DNA of 64,000 nucleotides, taken from NCBI GenBank assembly GCA_032718475.1, contig JAUCBJ010006472.1:17312-81311 (forward strand), read 5' to 3'. The notes below the pieces were generated by a model, which was not told the origin of the DNA, made no database searches, and saw only the letters and a program-made list of their open reading frames with translations. This document shows, one piece after another, positions 60,834 to 64,000 of this stretch. The number at the start of each line of letters is the position of its first letter. Positions within the stretch are counted from its first letter, which is position 1. The position numbers and the translations under genes were made by a program. This stretch comes from Nemertoderma westbladi. Taxonomy: Eukaryota > Animalia > Xenacoelomorpha.

Positions 60834-63479
60834 TGTTTGGGAATATGCCCCAGGCCCAAGTAGGATTAAATAGAGGATTTAGTATTCAAAAATGTTATTA
60901 TCGAAGGAATCATCTTTGCAGAAATCATCTAGGAAAAATTATGATAAATATATAAATTGAAGTGAATATAATAAAAGAACTAACCTCTCTTTTGTGGTAG
61001 GTGTCAAGTCATTTCTTTGTGTCATATCTGAGTCATCTTCAATTGCATCTGTAGTGGTAGTCATGGTAACCTGTGAATAAGTGTTGTCTGAACTGCCATT
61101 TAGTTGTCACTTGTCATTTTAAAGTGATTTGTAGTCACATCTTGATTGTTTTTTATTGGCATAAATATTTGTTATAAAGTCATTATTTTGAAACAGAGTG
61201 GAATGAGATTAAATTGATGAAAAATAAAAATATTTCAAACATGGGTATATCTTTGGAACCATATACAGTATCACCGTTATAACAAAACAGGTTTAGCTCT
61301 CAGTATACCAAAATTTTCCAAAACTAATATTCAATAAAATGTGGCAATTTGTTTTTAAAATAATGGTATTGTTCTAGAATGGTATCTATTTTTCTAAAAC
61401 TTGTCAGTTTTCATTTAGCAGCGTTCCCATGGTAACAATAATTATATTCCAGAATTTTACGTCACATTTAGAATTGTTAGACCAGTAGCTATCTTTTTCA
61501 AAAGAAGCGATGAATTTATATTGAGTTATTAGAATACTACAGCATGTTTGTTGTTTTACCATTTCCATGACAACCGGTGATAACACCAAGTCAGCTACCG
61601 ATTCAGATTTGTTATCATATCAAAATGAATGGCCAGAAGCTAGGTCTTCCCAAAAATATAAGTTCCAGATGGTTACCAAAAAGTATCCCCTATGCTGGCT
61701 GGCCCATGGACTAGAGGATTATAAAAAAAAACGAAATGGGAGGTTTTATCTATCTAGGCCTAAATAGACTGACAGATTGCACTCTAGCCCGCTAGTGCGG
61801 CAGACTGGATAAAACCCAATAAAAACTACGGTATCTGCCTAATGTAATATAACCTAATACTTTTTAGCGAGTTATTGTTAATTTAACACTTTACAACTTT
61901 AGAGGGCATTACAGTATTGTATTGGCCTGTACATTTAGTATTGTATTGCTGGTGTAATGTCCCTTGTTTATGTGGTAACCAATGACGGCAAGCTGTTATG
62001 GCGTCATTGGTTACCACGTAAACAATAGGTGATATTTATTATTAATTGCCTGGCAGCCAGATAGGCCTACTGCATTATCTACCGGTAGCTATTAATAACC
62101 AGTAGCTACAGTACAGTATAAACTATATAACATGGCTCCAAAGGCCACCATTTTTACATTTACATATTTAAACAGCAACTATTATAATTTGTGCAGTTTC
62201 TATCACTTATATAATGTATATGTATATTGTATAATCATTTCGTAATGTTAAAATTTTGTAATAAAACTACATACATACTTTTTGCAAAGTACTTTACAGT
62301 CTTCTGATCCTCGTGGCTTTATTTTCACTCACTCACTAACGTTCGCTCGTGTATCAAAAGCACTCGGATCATCACACCGTAGAGTGCTACTTTACACACA
62401 AGTATGTAAATAAATAGTTATTACATTATAGGTTTTATATTAAAACCTAATACCCCCCCCCCCCCCCCCCCCCCCCACTTTTTCGAAACGTTGATAATGT
62501 TTCCTCCACATTTAGGAATTTTTTTTATTCTGTCGCTACCGCACGGCCTCCCCGATATTGCGGGGGGGGGGGGGGGGGGGGGGGAGGGGGGGTAGCGACA
62601 CCCTATTTTTGAATTTTTTATGATTCTATACTGTGCCGAAGTTTGGGCAATTTCAAATCTGAAAGCAGTTTCAAGCTTTCGAGCAGCACGATAATTTCAA
62701 GTGAATGAGGACTTTTTCCCAAAAATGGCTCCCAAGGAACAGATATGAATCAAATTGCTAAATGGTTGTTTTATATGTCGTTTTATGAAGAAACATTTCC
62801 TTGAATTTCAATCATTTTTTATAGATCCTAGTAACCGTCGAACAAAGAAAGATAGGAAAGATATTAAAGATAAACTTTAATAAACTCATTACATTAATGT
62901 CGAATATATTTTCTTCACGAAAAAGTCTATTTCTCGAAGAATTCTTAATGAAAACAGTTTTGGAACCGAATGCTTGTTTCTAAGGCTATCGAATTTTGGA
63001 TAAAGATGCTTTGGTGCCATTTTAGTCCGAAAAGGCACCAAAAATTGCATTTTTGGACCTTTTTGTGTATAGAATGACCCCAACTCGATAGCATTGGATG
63101 CATCCACGAAGTAAACCAATTCACCAAATACGAACTCGATAACATAACAATTGTTCAAGGAATATCCTTTTTGGCAGACATATAGGCTCTTTTGGCAGCT
63201 AAAGTGGCATTATGGGTCTTTTCTGAAAAAATTCGGCCCATTCCAAAACTCCCCAGACGATGCGACGTTTTGTACAGTAGCACCAGTTTTGTATTTGGGG
63301 TCGCTACCCCCCCTTAAATGCCAGTAAATAAAAAGTTAATAATCTTTCTGTCCCCCCCCCCCCCCCCCCCCCCGGTGCCTACTGCTGATGGTGACACCTC
63401 CATTTGAAGTCTTATGTGGAGAGTCATTCAGGGACATTTGCACCATGGGTTATTATTGTAGAGCATTTATTCAGGTTCC

Positions 63480-63481
63480 TG

Positions 63482-63512
<31 letters not shown>

Positions 63513-63890
63513 ATTTCGACAAATTTGCGCCATGTATTAGCAGCTGCGCGAGGCCATTTTATTATATTTAATAAATACACCATGTCCTGGAACATTTATA
63601 TGTATGTGTATACGCAATAGCTACGTACTAGTATGATTACACGAGATAAAGAAATGTTCTAGAATATTGGGTATTTATTCAATAGAATAAAATGGCGCGG
63701 ATGCAAAACCATGCATCTTACAAACGCCCATATCGCAGTTATTTCTCAACGAAGATCTATTTTTTATATCTTAATTATTTCCTTATTTGGAATCCTTACA
63801 CGGTTTTCCTTCAATACCAACAAATCACTATAAAGGTTGAAGAAAAACAAAAACAAACTGCGGTGTAACTGGTCAAATATCACAAGAGAT
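63480..63890. mobile_element. Diverged relative of the intronic foldback MITE
   Basis: ggccatttt..aataaatacac, ttggaatcctt, taccaacaaatcacta and aactgcggtgtaactgg are shared with 33080-33420. Confidence 0.6.
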
Positions 63891-64000
63891 AATTTGGAAT
63901 TGTGGAATATCTGTCTGGCAATCTGCAAACTGTTTGACAGACAAACTGAAAGACAACCGACAGAGGGACAGACTAGATTCCACCAAATATTAAAACAGAA

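Larger units (their letters stand above)
54968..61713. mobile_element. DNA transposon remnant with ~850-bp TIRs, probably Academ
   Basis: 54968-55810 is the reverse complement of 60866-61713; termini TAGTCCATGGGCC...GGCCCATGGACTA; internal decayed frames VNELRHRLFCSKQGEIESTLLPPC, HLSRANYQ, SPIGLGW, DWMYVLPAP. Confidence 0.7.

Overview
AT-rich eukaryotic (invertebrate-like) genomic DNA dominated by nested transposable elements. Two host genes are supported: a two-exon ZNF236-like C2H2 zinc-finger gene on the minus strand (37742-34455 + 31816-29630, ~1824 aa) and a small secreted 8-Cys EGF-like peptide gene (26649+). Mobile DNA includes two partial, oppositely oriented copies of a BEL/Pao LTR retrotransposon. 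Both carry an unrecognised zinc-knuckle accessory ORF downstream of pol, and in the plus copy it lies before a 1.2-kb 3' LTR. Also present are a 4.1-kb long-TIR element with palindromic 22-bp arrays and an acidic/helical-repeat cargo ORF, a Mag-type Gypsy fragment, a one-ended piggyBac, a probable Academ remnant with ~850-bp TIRs, two RTE-like LINE families, and many MITEs/SINEs, including a five-level nested insertion. All family assignments come from motif recognition by eye; no database searches were run.
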